A DNA stretch of 64,000 nt from positions 448,001 to 512,000 of the forward strand of contig CAVWHX010000004.1 of NCBI GenBank assembly GCA_963754925.1, written 5' to 3'. The notes under the pieces are model-generated. The model searched no databases. It was not told the DNA's origin and saw only the letters and a program-made list of their open reading frames with translations. This DNA comes from an uncultured delta proteobacterium. Its GTDB lineage: Bacteria; Myxococcota; B64-G9. Position numbers and translations under genes: made by a program. Shown here piece after piece: positions 51,034 to 60,918 of this stretch (the stretch's first letter is position 1; each line of letters opens with the position of its first letter).

Positions 51034-53022
51034 ATGAAAATCTCGCTGGCTACCAAAATCTTCATTGCTTTCACCCTGCTGTTGCTGGTCTTTGGAGCGG
51101 TATCTATATACGGCGTGGTGCAACTCGCCGCCGTACGCGACCATCTCAACGTCCTCAACCGTGGATTGCTGCCTCTCTACCAAGAAGTGGTGGAGATCGA
51201 AACCCTTCAAAAAACGACCCAGCGATCGATCGACAATGCTCAGCGATCGAAAGATACGAATCTCGTTCGCGGCCTGTTGGATAATACCCGCCAATTGTTC
51301 GCTCGCAATATGCCGTCGTTGCTATCGCGTTGCCAGGCCGTGCTGAAACGCCTCGATCTCGAAGAACTCTCGGATATCGATCAAACCTTTATGACCGATG
51401 TAGGCAACCGCATCGAACGTATTAGTGGAGCAAGCACCGAATTCAACCAGACGCTTGATATGATCGTGCGCAGCCTGGAGCCCTTACCCAACGAAAAGCC
51501 CGAGGACCTTGAATTGCCCGACAGCTCAACGCTCCAACAGATAGGCCGGGGGTTGGCTCCCGAGGTGCGCTTGCTCAAGCTGTCGCTCAAAAACAGAATC
51601 ACCAGCAAGATGCTCACGGTCGAAAAACAAGAAAACGCCACCATCGGGGTGATGTTGTGGCTGTCGATCCTATCGATACTCATCGGGGTGGTGGTGACGG
51701 TCGTATCGCTGGCCGCGTTGCGGCCGATCAAGAGGGTGGTTGAAGGCGTTCGGCGCATTTCGCGCGGGGACTTTGCCCCCATCGCACCGGTCACCGCCGA
51801 TGACGAGTTTGGACTGCTGGCACGTGAGTTCAACCGCATGGCGAGTTCGCTCGCCCACCGCGAAGAGGAGTTGACGCGCCAGCACCAGCAGCTCGAGCAC
51901 GCCAACCGCGAGCTGCGCCAGTCCGGTTTGAATCTGCAGCTGGTCAAGCTGTACAACGAAAACATCATCCGCTCCGTACCCACGGGCATTCTCGTCGCCG
52001 ACGCTCAAGGCGTCGTCACCACCTTGAACCCCGCGGCCGAGCGGCTGTGGGGGCTCAATCCATCCGAGACGGTGGGAAAGAAGCTGCCCGAACTGCCGCT
52101 CGGTAAGAATCTTCGAGATTTGCTGGCGGATTGGGAAGTGGTACTGTTGCGCAAAGAACGCAAGGTGTACGAAGCGATCGAATTCGCCGTTTCTCAGTCG
52201 CCCGTGCGCCTGGTGGATCTGCACGTTTCTCCCCTGGTCGGCAATGATGGCCTGGTTCAGGGCGTCCTGGTGATCGGTGAGGACGTAACGGAGAAGGTTC
52301 GCACCAAACAGGCGCTGCTCCAGAACGAACGGTTGGCCACGATCGGGCGCATGTCTGCCATGGTGGCCCATGAGATTCGCAATCCCCTGAGTTCGATCGG
52401 GCTCAACGCCGAGCTGCTCGAAGAGGAGTTGGCAAAAAACTCTGACTTGGAAATGCGGGCGCTGCTGCACGCCATCTCGCGCGAGGTTGAACGTCTGACC
52501 GCCATCACCGACGAGTACTTGAAATTCGCACGACTGCCCAAACCAACGCTGCAACCTGAACAGATCAACGATCTGCTGAGTGATTTGCTGCGCTTTGTGG
52601 ACGGCGAGCTGCGCGCGGCCAAGGTTGAACTGACGGTCGATCTCGAAGGACAACTGACGCCCATCCGCGCGGACGAGAACCAGCTGCGGCAGGCGTTTCT
52701 GAATCTGCTCAAAAACTCGCTCCACTCCATGCCGGAAGGCGGTCGGCTTACCATCACCACCCAGCAGCACGATGGGCAGGTGCAGGTTCGTTTCGCCGAC
52801 ACCGGCCAGGGCATCGACACGGTGTGCATCGATCGGATCTTCGATCCTTTCGTCTCGGGGCGCGAGGGCGGCATTGGATTGGGGTTATCACTGACCCAAC
52901 AGATCGTCTCCGAGCACGGTGGTATGATTACCTGTGAAAGCACCCCCGGTCAGGGAACGGTCTTCGTGATCGATTTTCCCGCCTCCCCCGTACAGGAGGC
53001 GGAGGATGCTCCGGGCGTGTAA
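51034..53022 (+). CDS. HAMP-PAS sensor histidine kinase
   Basis: Two TMs, HAMP (DEFGLLAREFNRM), PAS (NPAAERLWG), HEIRNPL, DTGQG, GIGLGL. Confidence 0.93.
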   Translation: MKISLATKIFIAFTLLLLVFGAVSIYGVVQLAAVRDHLNVLNRGLLPLYQEVVEIETLQKTTQRSIDNAQRSKDTNLVRGLLDNTRQLFARNMPSLLSRCQAVLKRLDLEELSDIDQTFMTDVGNRIERISGASTEFNQTLDMIVRSLEPLPNEKPEDLELPDSSTLQQIGRGLAPEVRLLKLSLKNRITSKMLTVEKQENATIGVMLWLSILSILIGVVVTVVSLAALRPIKRVVEGVRRISRGDFAPIAPVTADDEFGLLAREFNRMASSLAHREEELTRQHQQLEHANRELRQSGLNLQLVKLYNENIIRSVPTGILVADAQGVVTTLNPAAERLWGLNPSETVGKKLPELPLGKNLRDLLADWEVVLLRKERKVYEAIEFAVSQSPVRLVDLHVSPLVGNDGLVQGVLVIGEDVTEKVRTKQALLQNERLATIGRMSAMVAHEIRNPLSSIGLNAELLEEELAKNSDLEMRALLHAISREVERLTAITDEYLKFARLPKPTLQPEQINDLLSDLLRFVDGELRAAKVELTVDLEGQLTPIRADENQLRQAFLNLLKNSLHSMPEGGRLTITTQQHDGQVQVRFADTGQGIDTVCIDRIFDPFVSGREGGIGLGLSLTQQIVSEHGGMITCESTPGQGTVFVIDFPASPVQEAEDAPGV

Positions 53023-53099
53023 CCTGGGAATATTTAGAATAGACTTGTGGTTTTTTAATAAGTGGTTACAATAAAATAAGAGAGAAGGAGTGAATCTCG

Positions 53100-54351
53100 A
53101 TGGCTGTCAATGACGAACTGACTCCTAGTCCAGCATGCTCGTTCTGCGGCAAACAACAACGCGAGGCCCGAAAACTAATCGCCGGGCCAACGGTTTTCAT
53201 TTGCGATCAATGCGTTAAAATTGTGCAATGAAATCATTGCCGAGGAGTCGGATAAAGAACCGCAAAAAGAATCACTGTCGGATATTCCCACGCCCGAAGA
53301 GATAAAGCGTTTCCTTGATGTCTATGTCATTGGGCAGGACCAGGCCAAAAAGGTCATCGCGGTGGCGGTATACAACCATTACAAACGACTCAATAATAAG
53401 GAACAGAAGCACGAGGTTGAGTTGACCAAATCCAACGTCCTGCTGCTTGGTCCAACCGGCTGCGGCAAGACGCTGCTGGCGCAAACCTTAGCGCGTTTCC
53501 TCAAAGTTCCCTTTACAATGTGGGACGCGACCACTCTGACCGAAGCCGGGTACGTCGGCGAAGATGTCGAGAACATTATCCAGGCGCTGCTCGCCGCCGC
53601 AGACAACGACGTCGAGCGCGCCCAGCGCGGGATTGTCTACATCGATGAGATTGACAAGATCGCGCGGCGCTCGGGGAACAGCCCCTCGGCAAGCCGTGAT
53701 GTTTCGGGCGAGGGCGTTCAACAAGCGCTGCTCAAGATCATAGAGGGCACCACGGCGAACGTGGTTCCCCGCGGCACCCGCCGTCACTACCAACAAGAAT
53801 TTGTTCAGGTTGACACTATGGATATCTTGTTCATCTGCGGCGGGACGTTCCATGGCATCGAGAACATCACCCGCCGGCGGATAGGCGAAAAGGGCCTCGG
53901 GTTCGGCGCCAAGGTCGCCCGCAAGCGGGAACACTCCGTCGGTGAACTGCTCGCCCAGGTTGAGCCGGGTGATTTACTCGGTTTTGGGCTGATCCCCGAG
54001 TTTGTCGGGCGGTTGCCGGTCATTGCTCCGATGAACGAATTGAGCACCGAAGAATTGGTGCGGGCGCTCTCTGAGCCACGTAACGCCTTGATCAAACAAT
54101 ACGCCAAACTCTTTGAGCTTGAAGGCGTTACCCTAACCTTCACTACCGACGCATTGCGCGCCGTCGCCGAAGAAGCCCGGCGTCGTGAAGGCGGCGCCCG
54201 CTCGCTGCGCACCATCATCGAGGAACGCATGCTCGACATCATGTACGAGGTGCCCTACCTACCGAACATCTCAGAGTGCGTCATCACCCGCGAGGTGATC
54301 GAAGCCAAAGGCAAGCCTATTTTGAAATTCGCGGAAAAGAAGCTCGCGTAA
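53100..54351 (+). CDS. clpX: ATP-dependent Clp protease ATPase (extra A at 53217-53220)
   Basis: Zinc finger CSFCGK...ICDQC joins the main ORF on removing one [32 protein letters not shown] and LGF loop are present. Confidence 0.95.
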
Positions 54352-54428
54352 CCGATACCTCAGCAACCGCCCGAACGGTGATTCTTCTTAGGCGAAGGTT
54401 AACAGCCGCTCTTGGTACTAGAGGTACG

Positions 54429-54875
54429 TCAGAGGTTATGCGTTTTTAAGAGCGCGGACAATTTACGGTTGGCCTCGCGCAACCTACTGGTGAGAACCCG
54501 AATGATGCCGAATGCAATCTCGACTTTTTCGAACATCAGCTCGTAGAAGTCCTGACGTTCGATTTTCAAGCAGGCAACATCGGTCAGGGCCGTAACCGAT
54601 GCGCTCCGGGGCTCATTATCGAGGATAGCCATTTCGCCAAAAGCTTCTTTCTCGCTTAACCGGGCGATCTCCTTGGTCTGTCGGTGAATCACGACTGAAC
54701 CATCAACGATGAGATACAAGGTGTCACCCATCTCACCTTCCTGGAAGATCACCTCATCCTGCTCGAAATTGACCTCATGTGCGATGCCCGCCACCTGATT
54801 GAGATCTTCCCCCGAAATCTGGAAGAACAAATCAACCGATTTGAGGAATAAAACTTTCTCAACGGTCGAGAGCAT
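54429..54875 (-). CDS. Stand-alone cyclic nucleotide-binding domain protein
   Basis: VEKVLFLKSVDLF, IFQEGE.GD.LY.I..G, FGEMAILDNEPRSASV. Confidence 0.9.
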   Translation of the reverse strand: MLSTVEKVLFLKSVDLFFQISGEDLNQVAGIAHEVNFEQDEVIFQEGEMGDTLYLIVDGSVVIHRQTKEIARLSEKEAFGEMAILDNEPRSASVTALTDVACLKIERQDFYELMFEKVEIAFGIIRVLTSRLREANRKLSALLKTHNL

Positions 54876-54941
54876 GGAACCTTATCTACAGCCTCTCCCC
54901 TTTACAGGAGAACGACTAAGGAGTAGAAAATTAATTTGAGT

Positions 54942-55898
54942 TCATTCCCCTTTAATAAAAAAATCTGCCGGGCCTTGGACCCTAACGGCCGCAATCGCCA
55001 CCCCCAACAGACTGGTAAGTTCAGGTTCGCTCGCACAGACGATCGCTGATTCGGCGTTACGACTCAGCGCTTGCTCGCGCGCTATCTTCAACACTGACTT
55101 TTTAAAGAGAGCCCATGACTTGAGCATTCCCCCGCCCAAAACAGTGGTGCGCGGATTGAGCACGTTGAGTAATACGGCGATTCCCAACCCGATTACCATG
55201 CCCTGCTCTTCCCACAGCTTTAAGGCCAACCCATCGCCGGCGCGAGCCTGCTCGGCAAGTTGTTCGGGGTCCGGAGGCACCAGGTGTCCAAGTTCCCGGT
55301 ACTCGGCAAGGAGCGCTGTCAATGCCGCGCCGCCGGCATGCGCCTCCCAACAGCCCCGTCGGCCGCAGCTACAGGGTCGGCCTTGATAAAACAAGGGCAT
55401 GTGGCCGGCTTCGAGCGCGGCGTGCCCCGCGCCTTCCAGGAGATGTCCGTTGTCCATGAACCCACAGGCGATTCCATCGCCGATTTGAATAGCTAAAAGT
55501 GGGCTTTGTCCGCGAACCGGTCCAAAGGTGTACGCTGCCAGCGCCGCCGCATCACCTTCGCCGACGACGGCGACCTGGCGTCCAAAAGACTGTTCGAGAG
55601 GGGTGCGCACGTCCACGCCTTCCCACTCGCGATCGGCCGAGGCGACGATCACGCCGCTTACGGGATCGATACTGCCGGGGGTAGAACAACCTACCGCCAG
55701 TATTTCTTGAACGCTGAGTCCGGTCCGCGTTAATAAATCACGACAAGCCTGCAGTACGACATCCGAGAGATACACCGAATTTGCTATTGAATCTAATCGT
55801 TGCGCTGCGTAATGGATGATGCGGCCCCGCTGGTCCACCAAACCGACCTTGACCGAGGCACCACCGATATCGATAGCCATTACCCACGGACCGCTCAA
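54942..55898 (-). CDS. ROK family protein with altered catalytic motifs
   Basis: IDIGG, TPG, EAGH, zinc motif CSCGRRGCWE, NP..VLGGG. Confidence 0.88.
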   Translation of the reverse strand: MSGPWVMAIDIGGASVKVGLVDQRGRIIHYAAQRLDSIANSVYLSDVVLQACRDLLTRTGLSVQEILAVGCSTPGSIDPVSGVIVASADREWEGVDVRTPLEQSFGRQVAVVGEGDAAALAAYTFGPVRGQSPLLAIQIGDGIACGFMDNGHLLEGAGHAALEAGHMPLFYQGRPCSCGRRGCWEAHAGGAALTALLAEYRELGHLVPPDPEQLAEQARAGDGLALKLWEEQGMVIGLGIAVLLNVLNPRTTVLGGGMLKSWALFKKSVLKIAREQALSRNAESAIVCASEPELTSLLGVAIAAVRVQGPADFFIKGE

Positions 55899-56057
55899 GG
55901 TAAACCACCTACCAATCAGATCCCTTATCCATCACCAACGAGATAGTATTCTCATACCCCAGATTTTAATAAAATGTAACAACTTTCACATCACTAACGA
56001 GCCGGTACCAATAGTATACAATACCTTTTTGAGGGCGCCAGAATTTGAAAGCCTAGT

Positions 56058-58952
56058 TTATGGGTCGGTTGTGCCCTCGCCGCGAAACCGGTCCATCAAC
56101 CAACCGGCATAGGCGCTCACGGCCGCGGACGGGTCTGTGACCTGGGAGAGTACGGCGGTTATTACTTCCGACTTGGGAAGCAGGTGGAAAATCGCCCACA
56201 AAGCGGTTTCGCGGACGATGGGAGCCGCTGCCCCGACGCAACCCTTTACGGTAGGGATAAGCGACCGCTCATTCAAAACAACTACCGCGTGGAGAGCGCA
56301 GACGACCATCCACGGATCGGGATCCATGAGCAGTTGCGCCAACCATTGGCGCCGATCTGCCAGCTCAATATCGACGACTTCCCTGCCAATTTCTTCGCGC
56401 GCCGCCCGAGCATTTTGATCCAGCAGCGGCAACAACAGGCGCTTGAGCTCTTTGTTAAGTAAGTTGTCGAGCAGTTCGATGGCATTGGCCCGCAAACTGC
56501 TCGACGGGGCGGTGATGATGTTGTACACAACTTCGATGGTTTGCACCGGCACGATACAACCCAGCAAACAAAAGATGCGCCGAAGCCCGCGCTCAAAGCG
56601 CTGGTTCAGCGCGTCGGCCAGCAAACGAGCTTGAGAGGGCAGACTGAGCCTTTCGCAAACAAAGATATGTCGATAGAGATCGGTCAGTTCTCGCACCAAC
56701 ACCGGCTGCAAACGCTGGTAGGGCACCTCCAAATAGGGGTGATGCGCCCGTAAGCGGTGAATGCTTTCCAATACGCGGCTGCGTAATCGTTCGTTGTGGT
56801 TATCCACCTGAGCAAGCAAAATCTCGAGCGCCGCCGGATCGCCTACTTTGGCGAGGATGGCTGGAACCGCCAGGCGGATGGCTAACGCCTCTTGCTGGTT
56901 TCCGAGAACGCTTCGCAACACCGTAAGCGCCGACGCGCCAAAGGCCGAAAGTGCCTCGCTGGCTTCTGTTCGGGTGGCGGCATGCTCCAAGCGGTATACC
57001 AACGCCGGCAACAATTCCGTGGTCTGTATGGTGGCAGCGGCGCGGATGGCCGCAATCTGAACCTTCTCAACTGGATCAACGATAAGCGCAAGCAACGGAT
57101 GATAAAAATTCTTCACCCGAATCTCACCCAATATATAGGCGGAAGCCTCGCGTTCATCGACATCCGCGCTTTGCAGCATTGCCTTGAGCCGTTCGGCCGA
57201 GCTCAGCACGCCGTCGAGGCCGCCATAGCGAATGAGCCCGATTACCGCCGCTCTTCGCACCGGAAGCTCCGGTTTTTCAAGAAAGCGGTTGATCATCGGG
57301 ATGGCCCGTTCCTTGCCAATCGCGCAGTAGGCCGTAACGGCCGCGGCCTGTACCAGGATGTTTGAGTCGTTGAGATGGCTCAAGACGACCGGGGCGTCCT
57401 TAAGCATGCCACGCTCGCCTACCAGCGTAAGCGCACAGGCGCGAACGGCCGGGGAAGCATGGTTGGCCAGATGATAGAAATCCTCGCTCCAATCAACGTG
57501 CGTATGGTGACGGGTCATCTCGAGCGCTTGCAACACCTGCTGCTCGTCTGAATCCTGAAACGCCCTGCGCATAATCTGGGCTATATTTTGGTCGGGAATC
57601 GGACTGTCGAGATCAAAATTATAGCGTCGATGCTGCAAGGTGTTGGCCAGCGCCTTGAGGTATTCCGAGCGGACGGCGACACTGACCCCTACCCACACCA
57701 GCACCAGGACAAGCAGCATCCATCCCAATGCATTGCCGGGCAGGGCCGGCACCACCCACGCCAGTAGGGCTCCGGAGAGGCCAATCGCCAGGGGGCGCAC
57801 CATGCCATCAATAACGGCCTTGGCCCGTCCCCGGAAGTGGGCCGGCACCGGCACGTAGAGCAGTTGCGTAGTCGAATCGTTGACCGTGTAGCGGAGCACC
57901 GCGTCGGTGCCCTTGAGGAGGGTGGCCGACAGAAGCTTTGGTTGGATCAGCCAGGCCACCGCGCCCCCCAACAAAAAGGACGGCAGCAGCAGCAGCGCGA
58001 GCATAATGCCAAAACGTTCGAGCACCCGGCCGGTGAGAAAAAACTGGATCACGCAGCTTACCGCCCCGGTCAGCGCCCAAAACATTCCAAAGAAACGGGC
58101 CAACTGCGCTTCCACCGGATAGGCTTCAGCCGCCGTGATCTTGAACTGGTAATCGACAAAGGTCAGCACCAACGAAACTAAAACCACCAGACTCGCGACC
58201 AGCACCAAATGCCGGTTGCTGAAGATTCGGCTCCAGTCTGAAAACACGGCGTTGGGATGCCGGGCGCCTCGAAGGCGCTCGGCGAAGCTGGCGAGCAGTT
58301 CGCTGCGGTAACGCCCCGCCAGACGCAGGGTAAGCCAGAAGCCGGCGAACAGTCCCCCGGCGCCGAGGAATAAGAGATCAGCCGTGCCGATGAACTTCAG
58401 CGCGCCATTGACCGCCAGGCCGACCACCACCGCGGAAACCACCCCGCCCGCTCCAACCAACCCAAACAGGCGCTTGGCTTCGCGCGAATTGAAGACATCG
58501 TTGGCCAAGGTCCAAGCCTGGATGATAAGTACGCTGCCAATCAGCTCGACCAAGACCCACAGCACCGGATAAAACCAATCGCCGACCCAATACAACGCCA
58601 CGCGGGCCGCAATCATCAAAAACCCGGCTAACGCCGAGGTCAGAGCCAACAGTCGATCACGCCGGAAGCGGTCGGCTACCCAGGAGTAACCGTACGACTG
58701 CAGGCTGACCCCCAGCGCCACCCAAATATACAGGTACGGCAGGTAATCCCGCGGGTAACGGCTCAGAAACAAACTGTCGCGAGCCACCCTCCCAATGATG
58801 AACGAACCCACGACACAAAACAGAATTCCAAACATCAGCGCGGTCTTCCGGCCCTCGCCGGGCTGGATGCGCAGCAACCCGGTTATCAAACTGCGAAGTT
58901 GCTCGCCGGCCGCCCCCAAGAGTATTTCCTCCCCTGATGCGGATCCTCCCAC
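56058..58952 (-). CDS. NTT (Npt1/Npt2, ATP:ADP antiporter-like) transporter fused to HEAT repeats
   Basis: About 12 TMs with ARDSLFL, WTLANDVFNSREAKRLFG, VDYQFK, RGRAKAVID, then C-terminal HEAT repeats (RANAIELLDN). Confidence 0.88.
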   Translation of the reverse strand: MGGSASGEEILLGAAGEQLRSLITGLLRIQPGEGRKTALMFGILFCVVGSFIIGRVARDSLFLSRYPRDYLPYLYIWVALGVSLQSYGYSWVADRFRRDRLLALTSALAGFLMIAARVALYWVGDWFYPVLWVLVELIGSVLIIQAWTLANDVFNSREAKRLFGLVGAGGVVSAVVVGLAVNGALKFIGTADLLFLGAGGLFAGFWLTLRLAGRYRSELLASFAERLRGARHPNAVFSDWSRIFSNRHLVLVASLVVLVSLVLTFVDYQFKITAAEAYPVEAQLARFFGMFWALTGAVSCVIQFFLTGRVLERFGIMLALLLLPSFLLGGAVAWLIQPKLLSATLLKGTDAVLRYTVNDSTTQLLYVPVPAHFRGRAKAVIDGMVRPLAIGLSGALLAWVVPALPGNALGWMLLVLVLVWVGVSVAVRSEYLKALANTLQHRRYNFDLDSPIPDQNIAQIMRRAFQDSDEQQVLQALEMTRHHTHVDWSEDFYHLANHASPAVRACALTLVGERGMLKDAPVVLSHLNDSNILVQAAAVTAYCAIGKERAIPMINRFLEKPELPVRRAAVIGLIRYGGLDGVLSSAERLKAMLQSADVDEREASAYILGEIRVKNFYHPLLALIVDPVEKVQIAAIRAAATIQTTELLPALVYRLEHAATRTEASEALSAFGASALTVLRSVLGNQQEALAIRLAVPAILAKVGDPAALEILLAQVDNHNERLRSRVLESIHRLRAHHPYLEVPYQRLQPVLVRELTDLYRHIFVCERLSLPSQARLLADALNQRFERGLRRIFCLLGCIVPVQTIEVVYNIITAPSSSLRANAIELLDNLLNKELKRLLLPLLDQNARAAREEIGREVVDIELADRRQWLAQLLMDPDPWMVVCALHAVVVLNERSLIPTVKGCVGAAAPIVRETALWAIFHLLPKSEVITAVLSQVTDPSAAVSAYAGWLMDRFRGEGTTDP

Positions 58953-59060
58953 TGATGTTAAGAGTTTCGCCTAGAACGTGGAAGAAGTCTAGATTACGAC
59001 TGACTGCCAAGAGAAATAGGTGGGATTAAAGCGCTCGCTGCGCTTTGGAACTAAATCTAA

Positions 59061-59221
59061 TCCCCTGACGGGGATAAGAGACAGTAAGCTCACTGCGTTC
59101 GCAATAATCTCTAACCCCCTACGGGGATAAGAGTCTGTAAGCTCACTGCGTTCGCAATAATCTCTAACCCCCTACGGGGATAAGAGACAGTAAGCTCACT
59201 GCGTTCGCTAACTGTCTCTAA
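59061..59221. repeat. Three tandem family A repeats (53-bp period)
   Basis: Units start at ~59061, 59115 and 59168, with no unique spacers. Confidence 0.92.
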
Positions 59222-59796
59222 AAGTGAGCCTGAGCGCCGAGCAGGAAAGTGTAAACAAACGCATTATTACCGTTCCCATCGAAAACCGCGCCGAGACCCA
59301 GCGGCTCGAACTGCACCTCGAGCCAAGGAAGTACCAGATAACTCACCCCGCCGCCGAACCGAACCCAGCCACCCGCAGTTGAGTTCCCGCTATAAATTCC
59401 GATCGCCGGCCCGATGTCAAACAGCGGGTAAACATAGAGCGGATATTTCTGAAGGATCTGCATCTTATACCGCGCTCCGAATGGGAACGTGATGGCCGTA
59501 TATCCACTCTTGGCGTGAAGCAGAAAGGCGACGTGCAATGCAAGGTTGCCGGGGCCAACGACGAAGGTGTATTCGAATGGGATCTCCATGGCGAACGCTA
59601 CGGTCGAATAGCCGCCGTTAGCGGTATAATCTAACGCCGAGAATCCGATAAATATACCGGTCGAAAACGGCTTCTTGGCCAGGTCTCCTGCGCACGGGAT
59701 TTGAGCGCACCCGGTAGGCGACTGGTCCTCGGCGACCGCGCTAAAGGATGTGAGCAGTGCGGCAACAACAATGAGTGAGAGTAACAGTTTACGCAT
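59218..59796 (-). CDS. Exported beta-barrel-like protein
   Basis: Signal peptide (AVA-E), amphipathic beta strands, C-terminal LGAQAHF. Confidence 0.7.
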   Translation of the reverse strand: MRKLLLSLIVVAALLTSFSAVAEDQSPTGCAQIPCAGDLAKKPFSTGIFIGFSALDYTANGGYSTVAFAMEIPFEYTFVVGPGNLALHVAFLLHAKSGYTAITFPFGARYKMQILQKYPLYVYPLFDIGPAIGIYSGNSTAGGWVRFGGGVSYLVLPWLEVQFEPLGLGAVFDGNGNNAFVYTFLLGAQAHF

Positions 59797-60017
59797 GATT
59801 TCCTCCGTTTCGTTTCCTTGAACAACGTGGTGTTAGAGATCAAAAACCTAAAACTACACGTTATATTTCTGAGGTCCCTTTGGATTCTTTTAAGGAGCCT
59901 CCCCAATGTTAGGGTAATGCTATAATCACGAAATCCCCCGCACGTCAATGGTAGAATGCAAAATTATTTTGCTGCCGAAGCAGCTTGAAGAAACTGAATA
60001 ATATGACTCTGGAAGGT

Positions 60018-60792
60018 CTAGAAGAACCTGACGCCGAGTGTTAAATCAGTGTAGAATCCATATATCGTAAGAGCCGCAGTTTGACCACCTGTTGAATTAA
60101 TATAGAACTCCGTATGAAAACCAATGCCCCACTCAAGCACGATACCTATCGGCACGCTCCGAGAAGGGTAAAAGGTGCAGCTCGCGTTTAGCTTCTCGAA
60201 TATTCAACATCGCGAATGTACTCTTAAACGGATCGTTCAAGATAGGACCGAAGCCAATGCCGAAACCGACGCCAGGGTAAATCGCGGTGGGGCCAGCGGG
60301 AATGTACCAGCTGTACAGGAAGCCTAGATCAAGCCCAAGAGCATGCATTGGGTCCACATTCGCGGACGTGTCAAACTTCATATACATGTAAAAGGGATCC
60401 AGCTCGAACGACCCACCTCTGCCACTAAACTTGAGATCTAAATCTATTTTCATGGCATTGATGTTTTGATCGAGCCCGCTCGTGCTCTGGCTCTTGCCAC
60501 TGGAGATGAACGTAGCTGCTTGGCCGCCCAAATAGGCATACCCAATCCTTGGAGCAAGGCTGAAGCCTTTCATGGGGCCGTTTTCGTCAACCGGCGCCGG
60601 GGCAGGTTGAGCATACACCGGGGCAGGTTGCGCGGGTGCCGGGGCCGGCTGCGCAGGCGCCGGGGCCGGTTGGGCGACTACCGGGGCTGGTTGCGCGGGT
60701 GCGGCGGCATCCTCCCCAAGCGCAATCCCCGGCAGACAAAGGACGACCAAACTCATCACGCCTAACAGCACCAACTGTCTCCCGATTTTCAT
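60018..60792 (-). CDS. Exported beta-barrel-like protein with PAQPAP repeats (frameshift ~60185-60200)
   Basis: Signal peptide and Pro/Ala/Gln repeat. The alternative frame continues ...GIVLEWGIGF...LTLGVRFF*, ending in a terminal Phe. Confidence 0.65.
60594..60702 (-). repeat. 21-nt (7-aa) coding tandem repeat AQPAP(AP/V)
   Basis: APAQPAPVVAQPAPAPAQPAPAPAQPAPVYAQPAPAP. Confidence 0.85.
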
Positions 60793-60918
60793 CTACGCCC
60801 TCCTCGCTAGTGAAATGGTAAAGACTGTGATTAAAATCCCCAACAATAACCTTAACCCAGAAGTTCACCGCGCGTCAATGAAGTTGCATCGGTAATGAGA
60901 TTCGGTATAGATCGACGT

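Noticed and set aside
53217..53220. Programmed ribosomal frameshift in clpX or kdsA
   Set aside because: No slippery heptamer or stimulatory structure, and the pattern matches window-wide indel errors.
59061..59221. Possible CRISPR array
   Set aside because: Units are contiguous with no unique spacers, the same unit occurs singly elsewhere, and no cas genes are present.
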